From an uncultured Gammaproteobacteria bacterium (lineage in GTDB: Bacteria > Patescibacteriota > Microgenomatia > Daviesbacterales > UBA10151): a DNA stretch of 42,278 nucleotides. The translations under genes and the position numbers were made by a program. This document shows, piece after piece, positions 17,656 through 27,776 of this stretch (the first letter of the stretch is position 1; the number at the start of each line of letters is the position of its first letter). The stretch spans positions 4,287 to 46,564 of the forward strand of contig CAZFYQ010000006.1 in the NCBI GenBank assembly GCA_964523905.1. The letters are read 5' to 3'. Below the pieces are notes generated by a model. The model had not been told where the DNA came from, made no database searches, and was given only the letters and a program-made list of their open reading frames with translations.

Positions 17656-20120
17656 TTAGCTGCTTGGTCTTTGGCTGAAGTGATCGCACTGGATGTGGCG
17701 TAGCTTGAGAAAGCATCAAAAAGAGTAATTTTATCTGCATCTTTATGAACCTGAACAAGATTTTTAGTGTTTTGTCCGGAAATGGCCAAATCACGTCTGC
17801 CATCAACTATTGTATCAATCACACCTTCAGGCCTTACAAAAGCCAAATTAGGTTGATTTGCCAAGATCATAGTCATGATCTTGTTCCAAATTGGAGCAGC
17901 TCCGGTAATACCGGATGTTAGTCGGGGATCCATTGGAGAATTATTATTATTGCCTACCCAGACACCAACAACGTAGTTGGGTGTGTAACCAAAGGTCCAG
18001 TTATCACGTTTATTGTCAGTGGTGCCGGTCTTAACAGCCACAGTGTGATTGGGAACAACTAAGGCAGAACTTGGTCCAAAAGCCGGAGTACGAGCCTGGT
18101 TATCAGTTAAAATGTTGGTAACTAAGTAGGCCACAGCTGCAGGTAAAGCCTGGATAGCCTGATTTTGATAATCTTCCAAATCATTGCCATCAGAATCAGT
18201 TACTTTAAGTATGGGAGTAATTGCCTGCTTATTACCCATCTGAGACAGCGTGTTATAAACCGACATCATATCAATCATGGTTACGTCTCCACCTCCCAAA
18301 GTTAAAGATAAACCATAGTTTTGTGGCTGATCCCAAGTAGTAATGCCCATATCCTGAGCAGTTTGGATCATATTACCAATACCAACAGTGGAAAGTAATT
18401 TCACAGCGGGTATATTATAGGAAGAGCCTAAAGCAGTGCGAAGAGATACCGGGCCATGAAAGCGGCCATCATAATTGACAGGTGAGTAAGAATTAACCCC
18501 ATCTTTAAAAGTAACCGGTGCATCCAAAATAGTATTACCAGGGGTAAAACCCTGCTTAAAAGCAGTGGCATAGGTAACGACTTTGATAGAAGAACCAGGC
18601 TGACGAAGGGCAGTGGTGACATTAAAAGAACCAAAATTAGGCTCATGATAATCTTTGGATCCCACCATGGCCAGGATTTGGCCGGTTTTGGCATCCGTTA
18701 CCATGGCTGCACCGTTACTAACATTCAATGAACTTAAATTAACCAGTTCATCAGCTACGGCTTTTTCAGCAATTTCCTGAACTCCCAAATCTAGGGTGGT
18801 AGTTACTTTTAAGCCTCCTTGAGACACTGCTCTTTCACCGTATTGTTGTGACAGCAAATCTTTAACATACATTACAAAGTGGGGAGCCTTAATATCAGTT
18901 GACTGCGGTTTTAGGTGTAAATCCGTAGCCAGTGCTTGGGTTTCATCTGAGGCATTAATAAATTTATCTTCCACCATTCGACGAAGCACCTCTTTTTCCC
19001 GGTCCTTGCCAAGCTGAGGATTAGCGCTATATGGACTAAATTGAGTAGGAGAAGCTGGTAACCCGGCTAAATATGCAGCCTGAGCCAGGCTTAAGTTTTT
19101 GGCACTAATGCCAAAATAGGTTTCGGCTGCAGCCTCAATTCCCCAGGCTGGCCCACCATAAGGGGTTTCGTTTAAATACATTTGTAGAATTTGATCTTTG
19201 CTGTAAATTCGTTCTGCCCACAAGGCTAAGACAATCTCTTTTACTTTACGAATATAGGTTTTTTCCGGAGTAAGTAATGTGTTCTTTATTAGCTGTTGAG
19301 TAATAGTGGACGCTCCTTCCAACTGATTATTCCTAGGATGATTTACGGTGTTGGCGATAAAAGCTCTAACAATGGCCACAAAATCTACTCCGGGATGAGA
19401 ATAAAAGTTTTTATCCTCTGCTGCCAGGGTGGCCTTAGTAAGATATGAAGGAAGTTCATTCAATCGGACTAGAGTACGGTTCCTTCCCTCATACAAACGA
19501 TAAAGTAGCTTGCCGTTTCGATCATAAAACTCGGTTGTTAAAGGAGTATTGCTGGACACTAACTTATTAGGATTAGGTAGTTGGGAGGCAGTTGTAAAAA
19601 TTACATAGGTATATTGATAAAGCAAAATTAGCACTATGGCTGTCAGGATGGCAAATCTGGCTTTTGGGGGGACAGCCCTTCTTACCTTTAGCCTTAAACC
19701 CGAAATAAAGCGGGGTAAAAACCAGGATTTGCGTGGCCGGCCAACGCGACGATGGCGCAGACGGGGAAGATGGGGCATTGAAAAATGAAATGAGGGAAAA
19801 GAGAAACTGGGCCAAGAAAATTTCGGTAGCGATGGCAGTTTAAGTTCAAAAGTTGGCAGACTGGGTTTCTGTGGTTTGGGTAATTTAATTGAGGGAGCTT
19901 TAGGTAAACTTACTGAATATCTAGGAACTGAGTGATAAAGTTTTTTGACACTATTAACTATTAACTTTAGTAAGAGAACCGGAATCTCTCCGACTTTAAT
20001 TAAGCCATACTGCAGCAATAGAAAAGCGATCTTAGGTAAAGACGGCTTAGTAGCAGGTAATTTCTTTTTTCCTCTTGGCATATGTTTTAGCTTCTGAGGG
20101 AGCAGCGACTTTGAGGCCAT
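17652..20120 (-). CDS. class A penicillin-binding protein (transglycosylase/transpeptidase)
   Basis: EDKNFYSHPG, GASTITQQL, RKVKE, RQPGSSIK, SYN, KTGT. Start uncertain. Confidence 0.95.
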   Translation of the reverse strand: MASKSLLPQKLKHMPRGKKKLPATKPSLPKIAFLLLQYGLIKVGEIPVLLLKLIVNSVKKLYHSVPRYSVSLPKAPSIKLPKPQKPSLPTFELKLPSLPKFSWPSFSFPSFHFSMPHLPRLRHRRVGRPRKSWFLPRFISGLRLKVRRAVPPKARFAILTAIVLILLYQYTYVIFTTASQLPNPNKLVSSNTPLTTEFYDRNGKLLYRLYEGRNRTLVRLNELPSYLTKATLAAEDKNFYSHPGVDFVAIVRAFIANTVNHPRNNQLEGASTITQQLIKNTLLTPEKTYIRKVKEIVLALWAERIYSKDQILQMYLNETPYGGPAWGIEAAAETYFGISAKNLSLAQAAYLAGLPASPTQFSPYSANPQLGKDREKEVLRRMVEDKFINASDETQALATDLHLKPQSTDIKAPHFVMYVKDLLSQQYGERAVSQGGLKVTTTLDLGVQEIAEKAVADELVNLSSLNVSNGAAMVTDAKTGQILAMVGSKDYHEPNFGSFNVTTALRQPGSSIKVVTYATAFKQGFTPGNTILDAPVTFKDGVNSYSPVNYDGRFHGPVSLRTALGSSYNIPAVKLLSTVGIGNMIQTAQDMGITTWDQPQNYGLSLTLGGGDVTMIDMMSVYNTLSQMGNKQAITPILKVTDSDGNDLEDYQNQAIQALPAAVAYLVTNILTDNQARTPAFGPSSALVVPNHTVAVKTGTTDNKRDNWTFGYTPNYVVGVWVGNNNNSPMDPRLTSGITGAAPIWNKIMTMILANQPNLAFVRPEGVIDTIVDGRRDLAISGQNTKNLVQVHKDADKITLFDAFSSYATSSAITSAKDQAAN

Positions 20121-20191
20121 TCTAAAATATTTTTACTTTGTCCACAAGAGGGAATTTGATTCTAGGATGATTACCTGTTAGAATCCTCGGC

Positions 20192-22321
20192 ATGGTAGAT
20201 CGTATAATTGATGGAAAGGTATCTTTAGGTGAATTGAATGGAACTGTTCTAAGAGCAGGTTATACAGGTGCCGTAGTAATGGATTACGCGCTTCCCAATG
20301 TTCCTTTGATTGAAACCGCACATGCTCCAACTATCCGAAAATTATTAGATACAGATTCTCTTACTCTCAGTAAATCAGCTGTGAGAATGTTATCAAGGCC
20401 ACTTTTATTGCCTGCGCACTCACCGGCTTTGTTGGAGAGTTGGCAGGTATTAGCAGAAGGATTAAAACCTGAGGATGAGGTTGTGATCACACAAAGGCAA
20501 CTAAAAGCTTATCTGATCGGTGATGCATTATTACAGCATACCGCCTTACCATATGGAGAGCGTTTGCGAGCAGTAGGAGTAGCTCTTGACGCCCAAGTCA
20601 TGGTTGAAGGGAAGTTAGTAGAAGTGGAAACTTACCTAATTGACGAATATGGTGACCCTGTTAAAGTACACAAAGATAAGAAAGTTCCTCAACTATTTTT
20701 AAAAGGAGCACTAAATGCCACCAGAAAAAGGATTGAGCAAGCTGTCTCCCACCAGCCAAAAAATTTAGAAGAGGCTCAGCAGGGACTTGCTGCCACAGAT
20801 TTATTAATAGATTTTTATGGTAGTGAATACCATACTTTCTGGGTTGCAGTTCAGACCGAGAAAACAAAATGGTTTGAAGATGTAACTTTGCAGGGGCAGA
20901 TTAATTATTTAAACGATAACCAGTTTACCCAAAAATTACTAATGGAAGAGCAGCTTGCAATGAAACCAAGTAGTGAAACTCGTTTATGGGTGTCAGTTTT
21001 TTGTCGCAGCTTACTGTCTGAAACATTCAAGAAAGGAAATGGTCCTGGGGAATTGGCGGATTTTTTCTTAACCCACCCGAAACTACAAACTGCCTTTTGG
21101 CACACAGTTCATGACTTACATTCTCCACCAGATTCTGATGTTACAACAAGAGTTTTTAGTCAATTGCCTGAAAAATATCGAGTTCAAGCCGAAGCTTTAA
21201 ATCTACGTGCAACTTATGTAGCTATTCCTGATCGGATAATAAATTGGTTCTATAGTCAAGCAGATAGCTCTGATCTTGAAGCATTTATTACTAGCTTCGA
21301 GGAATCAGGGGTAGATAAAAATGTGGCCTCAAATACCTTTGGATGGTTAGTTGAATTAGCGGCTGCTTTTAAACAGAGTAATGCTGAGCATTCTAATGTC
21401 CCCGTACTTATTCGTTCATTAGGAGCAGCTAATAGAGCAATGCGAATTGATCAGGGTTTATATGTTGATATTTTAGCTGATCAAGCACCAGGGTTTCTTT
21501 TTAGAGATCAAAAGGCTGGTTTAAAAGTTAAACAACCCAAAAACGGTCAGTCAAAAGATCAAATGGTAGCTGCATTAGCAGCTCGGGGAGAAATGGCTTA
21601 TCTATCAACTGCCGAATGGAAAGCCAAGCAAATACCTGATGTGATAGAGGATAAGCCAGTACAAGTAGACATACATGCTACTCAAGTAATATCATTACCG
21701 GTTTTTGGAGAAACTGCCATGGTTAATCCGCTGGATCGATCTAAGGTATTAGGTCATTTAAATGAAAGGCTAAATCAGTCAAAGTACAAAATGGATCAGG
21801 ATAGGGCTTTGGAAATCTGGGTAGAACAGGATAGCGAGCGAAAAGAAACAGGCGGAAAGCCGCTCGTCGTTTTAACAGATTTAATTCCCGGATACCATCC
21901 CTTGTCGATACTGAAAGAAGTTGGAGTTGTAGGAATTACACAAACAGCTGATCTGATGACTGTAGTTGTTGATAGCAGTAGAATGGGGCTTGCATCTGAG
22001 GCAGATAAAATAGGACTAAGCGGTCCAATAAGAAATAATGAAGCTAATATCGCTTTTTCCGGCGAGGCTTTTCAAAATAGTACCTTACATCTTTTATTAA
22101 ATGCAGCCAGGCAGTTTGGATTAATGAAGATTACAGATCAGGTTTTGGACAAACCAGAGCTTTCTGAGGTTAGATCTACTGTAAAATCGCATAATGTTGT
22201 GGCCAAAAGAGACGGATTGCCCCAAGTAGAATTTATCGAAGATCCCTCTAAAAGAAAAGAGGATAGTAGTTTAACAGTGACCTTAGTAGGTAAAAAACCA
22301 GTCTTCCTGGTGCTTGCTTAA
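20192..22321 (+). CDS. hypothetical protein (709 aa)
   Basis: Long ORF preceded by TTGATT-17-TAGAAT; no motif recognised. Confidence 0.75.
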   Translation: MVDRIIDGKVSLGELNGTVLRAGYTGAVVMDYALPNVPLIETAHAPTIRKLLDTDSLTLSKSAVRMLSRPLLLPAHSPALLESWQVLAEGLKPEDEVVITQRQLKAYLIGDALLQHTALPYGERLRAVGVALDAQVMVEGKLVEVETYLIDEYGDPVKVHKDKKVPQLFLKGALNATRKRIEQAVSHQPKNLEEAQQGLAATDLLIDFYGSEYHTFWVAVQTEKTKWFEDVTLQGQINYLNDNQFTQKLLMEEQLAMKPSSETRLWVSVFCRSLLSETFKKGNGPGELADFFLTHPKLQTAFWHTVHDLHSPPDSDVTTRVFSQLPEKYRVQAEALNLRATYVAIPDRIINWFYSQADSSDLEAFITSFEESGVDKNVASNTFGWLVELAAAFKQSNAEHSNVPVLIRSLGAANRAMRIDQGLYVDILADQAPGFLFRDQKAGLKVKQPKNGQSKDQMVAALAARGEMAYLSTAEWKAKQIPDVIEDKPVQVDIHATQVISLPVFGETAMVNPLDRSKVLGHLNERLNQSKYKMDQDRALEIWVEQDSERKETGGKPLVVLTDLIPGYHPLSILKEVGVVGITQTADLMTVVVDSSRMGLASEADKIGLSGPIRNNEANIAFSGEAFQNSTLHLLLNAARQFGLMKITDQVLDKPELSEVRSTVKSHNVVAKRDGLPQVEFIEDPSKRKEDSSLTVTLVGKKPVFLVLA

Positions 22322-22362
22322 ATTTTTGCATTACTAAGCCCCATAGTGTATAATATACATAT

Positions 22363-23091
22363 ATGAGTGCTGCAGAACAACCATCAAATTTAGTTGATTT
22401 TGAAAAATATCAAGCAGATAAGTCCTTAAGGGATTTTATGAAGTTGCCTTTGGCGGGTAAAATTAGATCAGCTTGGTCTGGGTTGCTCTATCTTACAGCC
22501 TTAGACCGTGATACTAAGACCGAACTTGCTGTTGGAGCTGCGGTGTTAACTGTAGTAGCAGGAGCCTACGGTCTAGAGCAATACGCTACTTCAGTGAGAG
22601 CTGAGGTTTCAAGTGCAGACGGTCATTCAGTAGTAGTCAAACCTACTGATCGTCCGGTAACTGTTTTTAATTCAGAAAAGAGAAATCCAGATAGTATTGC
22701 CAGTATTTTAGAGTCTGATCGTCCATTAAGCTTATGGAGAGCTAATATGGAATCTGGGGGTAAGCACGTTAGTTTTAATGAAGCTTTAGCTCCTCGGGCA
22801 GGAATTGTGATTTCAGAGGAACCTGTTTCTTTAATGAGATTTCCGGATTTAAATTCTGATCCGGTGCAAGGAATGGAAGCTTTAGCTACAGGTTCTGTAA
22901 CCGGTTTATATGATAAAATTGTTACTGTGCGTAATGTTGAAGGTGAAGTAACCGGTATTTATGCCTTAATGCCAGCTATGCAGGTAGTTATTGACGGTGA
23001 AACTACAATTCTGTTTTGGGGTGCTTTGCCTTTACAAGCTGATGGCCAATCATTTATCAAAGAACTTGATCCGAGTGCTAAAGTAAGTTAA
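22363..23091 (+). CDS. hypothetical single-TM protein
   Basis: 242-aa ORF preceded by TTGCAT-17-TATAAT; hydrophobic LAVGAAVLTVVAGAYGL. Confidence 0.7.
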   Translation: MSAAEQPSNLVDFEKYQADKSLRDFMKLPLAGKIRSAWSGLLYLTALDRDTKTELAVGAAVLTVVAGAYGLEQYATSVRAEVSSADGHSVVVKPTDRPVTVFNSEKRNPDSIASILESDRPLSLWRANMESGGKHVSFNEALAPRAGIVISEEPVSLMRFPDLNSDPVQGMEALATGSVTGLYDKIVTVRNVEGEVTGIYALMPAMQVVIDGETTILFWGALPLQADGQSFIKELDPSAKVS

Positions 23092-24006
23092 TTATTTAGC
23101 AACAGCCAGCAAATAAAGCCCCCAGACAATTAAGGTGATCCCGAAAAATTGGGTTATTAAAAAAACCGTGCCGGATTTATTTTTAAATACCTCCGGATAT
23201 CTTCTTCCTAAAATCAAGCTAAAAATCAGCAAAAAGACATATTTTAATCCTTGAAGGGAATTTACAATGGCTGGGTTAGCCAAAGAAATAGCATAGGTTA
23301 ATAAAAGCTCAGATAACACAGCAGAAGTTTGACCAAAGGCAAAGACCACACCGGTTAATAAATTGCGATGTGACTGTGATACTGATTGATTTGAGCGGTC
23401 TTTTTGGATAAAGCCCAAAATTTTTCTTCTGGTGGTGGGAATAATTAGTAAAACAACAGCGATTGGAATTAAAGAAGGTTTTGACCAAACCAGTACGGTT
23501 AGGAAACTTTGCATGGCAAACCCTAAGCTAAGTAGGTAATAGGACAAGGCAAAAAACAAAGCAGCGCCGATCTCCATTAGTAGTTCCCTTTTTTCAAATC
23601 GGCCTTTTAAATCTTCTAAAGTAAGAATTAGAAGCCCTAAAATTAACACAGTAATCGCCTCAATTTGGATTATTGATAAACTTTGTCCTGCAAAAATCAG
23701 TAAAAAAATCGGAGTTAAAGCACCAATTATGGGGATCACCCGTTGCACCTGACCCATTTTTAAAAGAGCAAACATTAAATAGGCTGCCACAATCCAGCTA
23801 AAGCTAGATAGAGACCCTAATATTAGTACAGGCATGGTTGGTCCAGGAATAAAAGGAGTGACCAAAAGTACCAGAATACTGATTAAACTAAAGTAGAAGA
23901 TATAAATTAAAGGATCAGGAATGCTTTTGCTAAGTAAAAACTTATCAACTGTAACGCTGATCGAATTTAGCAGTTGTGCAATGACGGCAAAAGGAAGATA
24001 GGACAT
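23092..24006 (-). CDS. EamA/DMT family transporter
   Basis: About 10 TM helices in two repeats; VDKFLL motif. Confidence 0.75.
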   Translation of the reverse strand: MSYLPFAVIAQLLNSISVTVDKFLLSKSIPDPLIYIFYFSLISILVLLVTPFIPGPTMPVLILGSLSSFSWIVAAYLMFALLKMGQVQRVIPIIGALTPIFLLIFAGQSLSIIQIEAITVLILGLLILTLEDLKGRFEKRELLMEIGAALFFALSYYLLSLGFAMQSFLTVLVWSKPSLIPIAVVLLIIPTTRRKILGFIQKDRSNQSVSQSHRNLLTGVVFAFGQTSAVLSELLLTYAISLANPAIVNSLQGLKYVFLLIFSLILGRRYPEVFKNKSGTVFLITQFFGITLIVWGLYLLAVAK

Positions 24007-25319
24007 TACTTTTCGTCTTTCAGTATTTCTTTATAGCGTTTTTCTAACACCTCATCAGCAGTGACTGTGTGTCCAATAAAACGAAGTAGGGAATGAGGAA
24101 TTCCGTTATGCTGAATAATATCGGTAAACACTAAAGCTGAGGGTCGAAGGTGTCTAGCAAAAGTTAAATAATCTACTTCAATTAGGCCAAATCTAGGATC
24201 AAAGCCACGGTGCCATTCAAAATTATCTAAAAGTGACCAGTAGAAAAATCCCCGGACATTAACCCCACTTTTAATGGCCCGGGAGACTTCCTGTAAGTAG
24301 GCAATTAAAAAGCGGTTGCGCCTATCATCATTGGTAGTGGCGATCCCACATTCGGTAATATAAATCGGAATATCCCCTGATAAATCAGTTAACACATCAA
24401 AAATGCCTTCCGGGTAAATTTCCCAGCCTAAATCTGAGACATCATGGGTTTGCGGCATGGCACTAATGGCTTCTGGAATTAGGCCGTTGTGGCGAAAACG
24501 GTTGTGGAAGTAGTAATTAATACCCAAAAAATCATGGCAGCCTTTGGTAAAAAAATAAAACAGATGATTGGTAAATAAATCATTTAAAATCACTGCCAGT
24601 TGTTCAATCAGGGAATGTTTGTGATAAGGTTCATAGGAGATGACGTTTTGAGCAATCCCCACTGGTTTGCCAGCCGGAAAGCTGTGATGCAAAAACTGAT
24701 AAACTTTTTTGTGTGCCTGTGTTAGATTCCAAAAGGTTTTAATCTGACCCCAAATACTTTTTTTGGCATTTGGCCACTCCCTGGCAATGTAAGTTTCATA
24801 AATATAGACACCTGGTTCATTAATGGTTACCCAAAGATCAACCTGATCGGAAATTAAGGGCACAATTTTTTTAACAAACCGCTCAAAATAATCAATGGTT
24901 TTTCCATTTTCCCAGCCACCTTGCTGTGCGACCCAAAGAGGTAGGGTAAAATGCCATAGCGTTAACATTACAGTGATACCAAGGGATTTTAAATACTTAA
25001 GCTCTTTAACATAATGATCAATCTCTTTGGGATCAAACTGGCCCTCTTTTGGTTCAATTCTGGACCATTCAATAGAGAGCCGGTGAGCATTATGATTTAG
25101 CTGTTTAATCAAGTCAAAATCTTTTTCATACAGCTCATATTGATTGCAGGCCTTACCTGATTGGTAGCGTGGTGGCAGATTTTGTTCCCAGGACCACCAA
25201 TCCGCGTGAATATTATTACCCTCTACTTGATAACTGGAAGTAGCAGTACCCCACAAAAATCCTTCCGGAAACATTAGTCGTTCATGATCATGTTTGGGTT
25301 TGGGTGCCTTAGTATCCAT
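24006..25319 (-). CDS. glycoside hydrolase family 1 (beta-glucosidase-like)
   Basis: FPEGFLWGTATSSYQVEG, RLSIEWSRIEP, TINEP, YITECG, WSLLDNFEW. Confidence 0.95.
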   Translation of the reverse strand: MDTKAPKPKHDHERLMFPEGFLWGTATSSYQVEGNNIHADWWSWEQNLPPRYQSGKACNQYELYEKDFDLIKQLNHNAHRLSIEWSRIEPKEGQFDPKEIDHYVKELKYLKSLGITVMLTLWHFTLPLWVAQQGGWENGKTIDYFERFVKKIVPLISDQVDLWVTINEPGVYIYETYIAREWPNAKKSIWGQIKTFWNLTQAHKKVYQFLHHSFPAGKPVGIAQNVISYEPYHKHSLIEQLAVILNDLFTNHLFYFFTKGCHDFLGINYYFHNRFRHNGLIPEAISAMPQTHDVSDLGWEIYPEGIFDVLTDLSGDIPIYITECGIATTNDDRRNRFLIAYLQEVSRAIKSGVNVRGFFYWSLLDNFEWHRGFDPRFGLIEVDYLTFARHLRPSALVFTDIIQHNGIPHSLLRFIGHTVTADEVLEKRYKEILKDEK

Positions 25320-25349
25320 GGTGTATTATAATTGTATAATAATAATAGC

Positions 25350-26081
25350 ATGATTCGAATTCTTCCCATTATTTTAATCATTGTAGTGATCCTGGGAGGC
25401 TTGGGCTATTGGCGCTATACTGCCATGCAAAGTAGCCTGGCTTCTCCTCAAACTACTACCCCGGTTAAAGATAGCGGCCCAATTGAAGTCCCCAAAACTG
25501 CACCGGCTGCCACCTTGGATGATCGGGTCAAAGCCTTGGAGGATTTAACGGGAAAAATTGTTGATCAAATTAATCAGCTAAAAGCTGTTAATAATAATGT
25601 CGGCTCGGCAGGGAACGTAGGAACACGTTTGGATGCACTGGAGGCGGCAGTGACAGCCCTAAAAGTACAAGTAGCTAGCGCCAATCCGTCTTCAATATCT
25701 AGCTCAACTGGAAACAGTGGTAAATCTACCGTCTATATTCCTTTAGGATCCGGGGCACAGGAAAGTGATGTTAATTGGGTAACCATGTCGACTTTTCAAG
25801 TGGCCTTAAGTTCTGGCCAGTATCCGGGTTATTCTAATATGCAGCTAGAGGTCACCATGCGTTTAAATCAGCCGGGTGGAACTTTGTCAGCTCGTTTGTT
25901 TAATGTTACGGATAATACTGCGGCCTCATCAGTGGTCACTACTACTTCTACTTCTGATTCAGTGGTGGCATCCGTTGGTTTTACTATTCCCTCAGCTAAT
26001 AAGACCTATGTTTTACAGGCCAATACCTCAGATGGCACGATTGGCTTTTTAGATTATGCTAGAATTAGGGTCAATTTCTAA
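25350..26081 (+). CDS. membrane-anchored coiled-coil hypothetical protein
   Basis: N-terminal TM helix, heptad region, beta-rich C-terminal domain. Confidence 0.7.
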   Translation: MIRILPIILIIVVILGGLGYWRYTAMQSSLASPQTTTPVKDSGPIEVPKTAPAATLDDRVKALEDLTGKIVDQINQLKAVNNNVGSAGNVGTRLDALEAAVTALKVQVASANPSSISSSTGNSGKSTVYIPLGSGAQESDVNWVTMSTFQVALSSGQYPGYSNMQLEVTMRLNQPGGTLSARLFNVTDNTAASSVVTTTSTSDSVVASVGFTIPSANKTYVLQANTSDGTIGFLDYARIRVNF

Positions 26082-26654
26082 ATGGATACTTTAAAGATTT
26101 ATATTATAGAAGGTACTAAAAGACAGGATCGCAAGTCGATCTGGGTAGCCAATTTGGTCGAGCAGGTTGGTAAAACCATTGAGGGGATTGAAATTACTTT
26201 ACTTGATCCGAATGATTTTAATATGCCCGCAGATGGTAATGATGATGTTAACAAAGATCCTAAATATACCAAGATTACAGAAGTTGCTGATGCCTTTTTC
26301 ATTGTGACTCCGGAATATAATCACAGTTTTCCTGGGACCTTAAAGCGCTTTTTAGATTCGGAATTAAAAAATTACATCCATAAACCAGTGGCTTTTGCAG
26401 GAGTATCAGATGGACAATGGGGTGGGGTGCGGGCCATTGAGGCTTTGGTTTTGACAGTAAGAGAACTGGGTTTAGTAGTCACATTTGCTGATGTACAGTT
26501 TCCCAAAGTGCTGGAGCTGTTTGATGAAAATGGCAAGTTACTGGATGAAAAATACTTAAAAAGAATAGAGAGGTCATACACAGAGCTGATCTGGATGGCC
26601 AAAACCCTAAAATATGGTAGAGAAAACATCCCCAGCAAATACCACCAGAAATAG
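26082..26654 (+). CDS. NADPH-dependent FMN reductase
   Basis: GTKR...S, VTPEYNHSFPGTLK, GGVRA. Confidence 0.9.
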   Translation: MDTLKIYIIEGTKRQDRKSIWVANLVEQVGKTIEGIEITLLDPNDFNMPADGNDDVNKDPKYTKITEVADAFFIVTPEYNHSFPGTLKRFLDSELKNYIHKPVAFAGVSDGQWGGVRAIEALVLTVRELGLVVTFADVQFPKVLELFDENGKLLDEKYLKRIERSYTELIWMAKTLKYGRENIPSKYHQK

Positions 26655-27452
26655 TTACTTTAGGGTCAGGAAATTGGCTTTTTCGCAGGCTTCAAGCATC
26701 ATTCTGATATCATCATAGGACTTATCATCAGCTGCGACAAATTTTTTCACCAAGCCTTTGGCCAGTTCTTTTTTCACCTGAGGATTTCTATGCAGGTTTA
26801 TTAAAACTTGCTGAATTTGTTTGCGTAAACTCATGGGTAATCTTTTTGATACTGCCACAGGTTGGATGGTGGAAGGGCCTAAGGTATCGATGATTTTGAT
26901 TGATTTCTTAAGTTTTGGATCATCCCGCAAGGCTACTTCTAAAACCTGGGAATCAATTGCAGCTCCTTCTACCTGCTTTTTAGCCACCATTTCAATAGCA
27001 GTTTCATGGTACCCGGCTTCTATCACTTTACTAAAAAAGCCATGAGTTTGCCCCATTTTAACCAGCTCATAGCGCACCACCCCATACCCGGAATGGGACA
27101 GTGGCTCATTATATGCCCATGAATGGCCTTTGAAATCTTTGAAGGATCTTAATTTGGAATTTTTAGAAACAATCACATCAGAAAAATATATTGGCTTGTC
27201 CTGATACCTTTTACCAATTAAAACCGGTGCGGCAATTGGGGTGGCAGGGGCTTTTCCCTGACGCTCAAAGTAAATATAGGGCAAACTGCAGACAAAACAA
27301 ACATCATTTTTATCTTCCAAACAAGAATCATAAGAAGTTTCCACTACCAGCTCAGTTTCCATCCCTAACTGTTTGCCTACCTCCGCAGTAACAGCCTGGT
27401 AAACCGGCATAATATTAGGAGCCAAAAATGTCCCAAAACGCAACTTTTTCAT
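26655..27452 (-). CDS. PhnD/SsuA-like substrate-binding protein
   Basis: FVCSLPY, YFSDVIV, SHSGY, GYH...AAIDS. The first 20 aa of the track ORF overlap tRNA-Trp, so the start is moved to MKKLRFG. Confidence 0.8.
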   Translation of the reverse strand: MKKLRFGTFLAPNIMPVYQAVTAEVGKQLGMETELVVETSYDSCLEDKNDVCFVCSLPYIYFERQGKAPATPIAAPVLIGKRYQDKPIYFSDVIVSKNSKLRSFKDFKGHSWAYNEPLSHSGYGVVRYELVKMGQTHGFFSKVIEAGYHETAIEMVAKKQVEGAAIDSQVLEVALRDDPKLKKSIKIIDTLGPSTIQPVAVSKRLPMSLRKQIQQVLINLHRNPQVKKELAKGLVKKFVAADDKSYDDIRMMLEACEKANFLTLK

Positions 27453-27455
27453 CTG

Positions 27456-27526
27456 CAGGGGCGGAATGAATCGGACATTCGTCACATCTTTTGGAGAGAT
27501 GGGTCCTACCACTGAACGACGCCCCT
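27456..27526 (-). tRNA. tRNA-Trp(CCA)
   Basis: Acceptor AGGGGCG/CGCCCCT, anticodon arm CATCT-CTCCAAA-AGATG, T arm GAATG-TCCGATT-CATTC; no encoded CCA. Confidence 0.92.
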
Positions 27527-27575
27527 AGACTTAACAAGTATAGCTTAACCGGAAATTAGTTTCAAAGAAGAAGTT

Positions 27576-27740
27576 TTAAAGTTTGACTTCGTTGTGCTCA
27601 GTAGTTTTTCTACACTCTTTACAGAATTTTTTCAAAGCTAATTTGTCTTTGATATTAACCGTGTTTTTGGTTGCAGTATAATTTTTAGATTTACAAACAC
27701 TACACTGCATTATAAATAAATTTCGATTGCTTTTAGCCAT
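27576..27740 (-). CDS. rpmG: 50S ribosomal protein L33
   Basis: Manual translation MAKSNRNLFIMQCSVCKSKNYTATKNTVNIKDKLALKKFCKECRKTTEHNEVKL. Confidence 0.95.
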   Translation of the reverse strand: MAKSNRNLFIMQCSVCKSKNYTATKNTVNIKDKLALKKFCKECRKTTEHNEVKL

Positions 27741-27776
27741 GTTTGGTAGTTTAACACGAGAGGAAATTTAAAGCAA

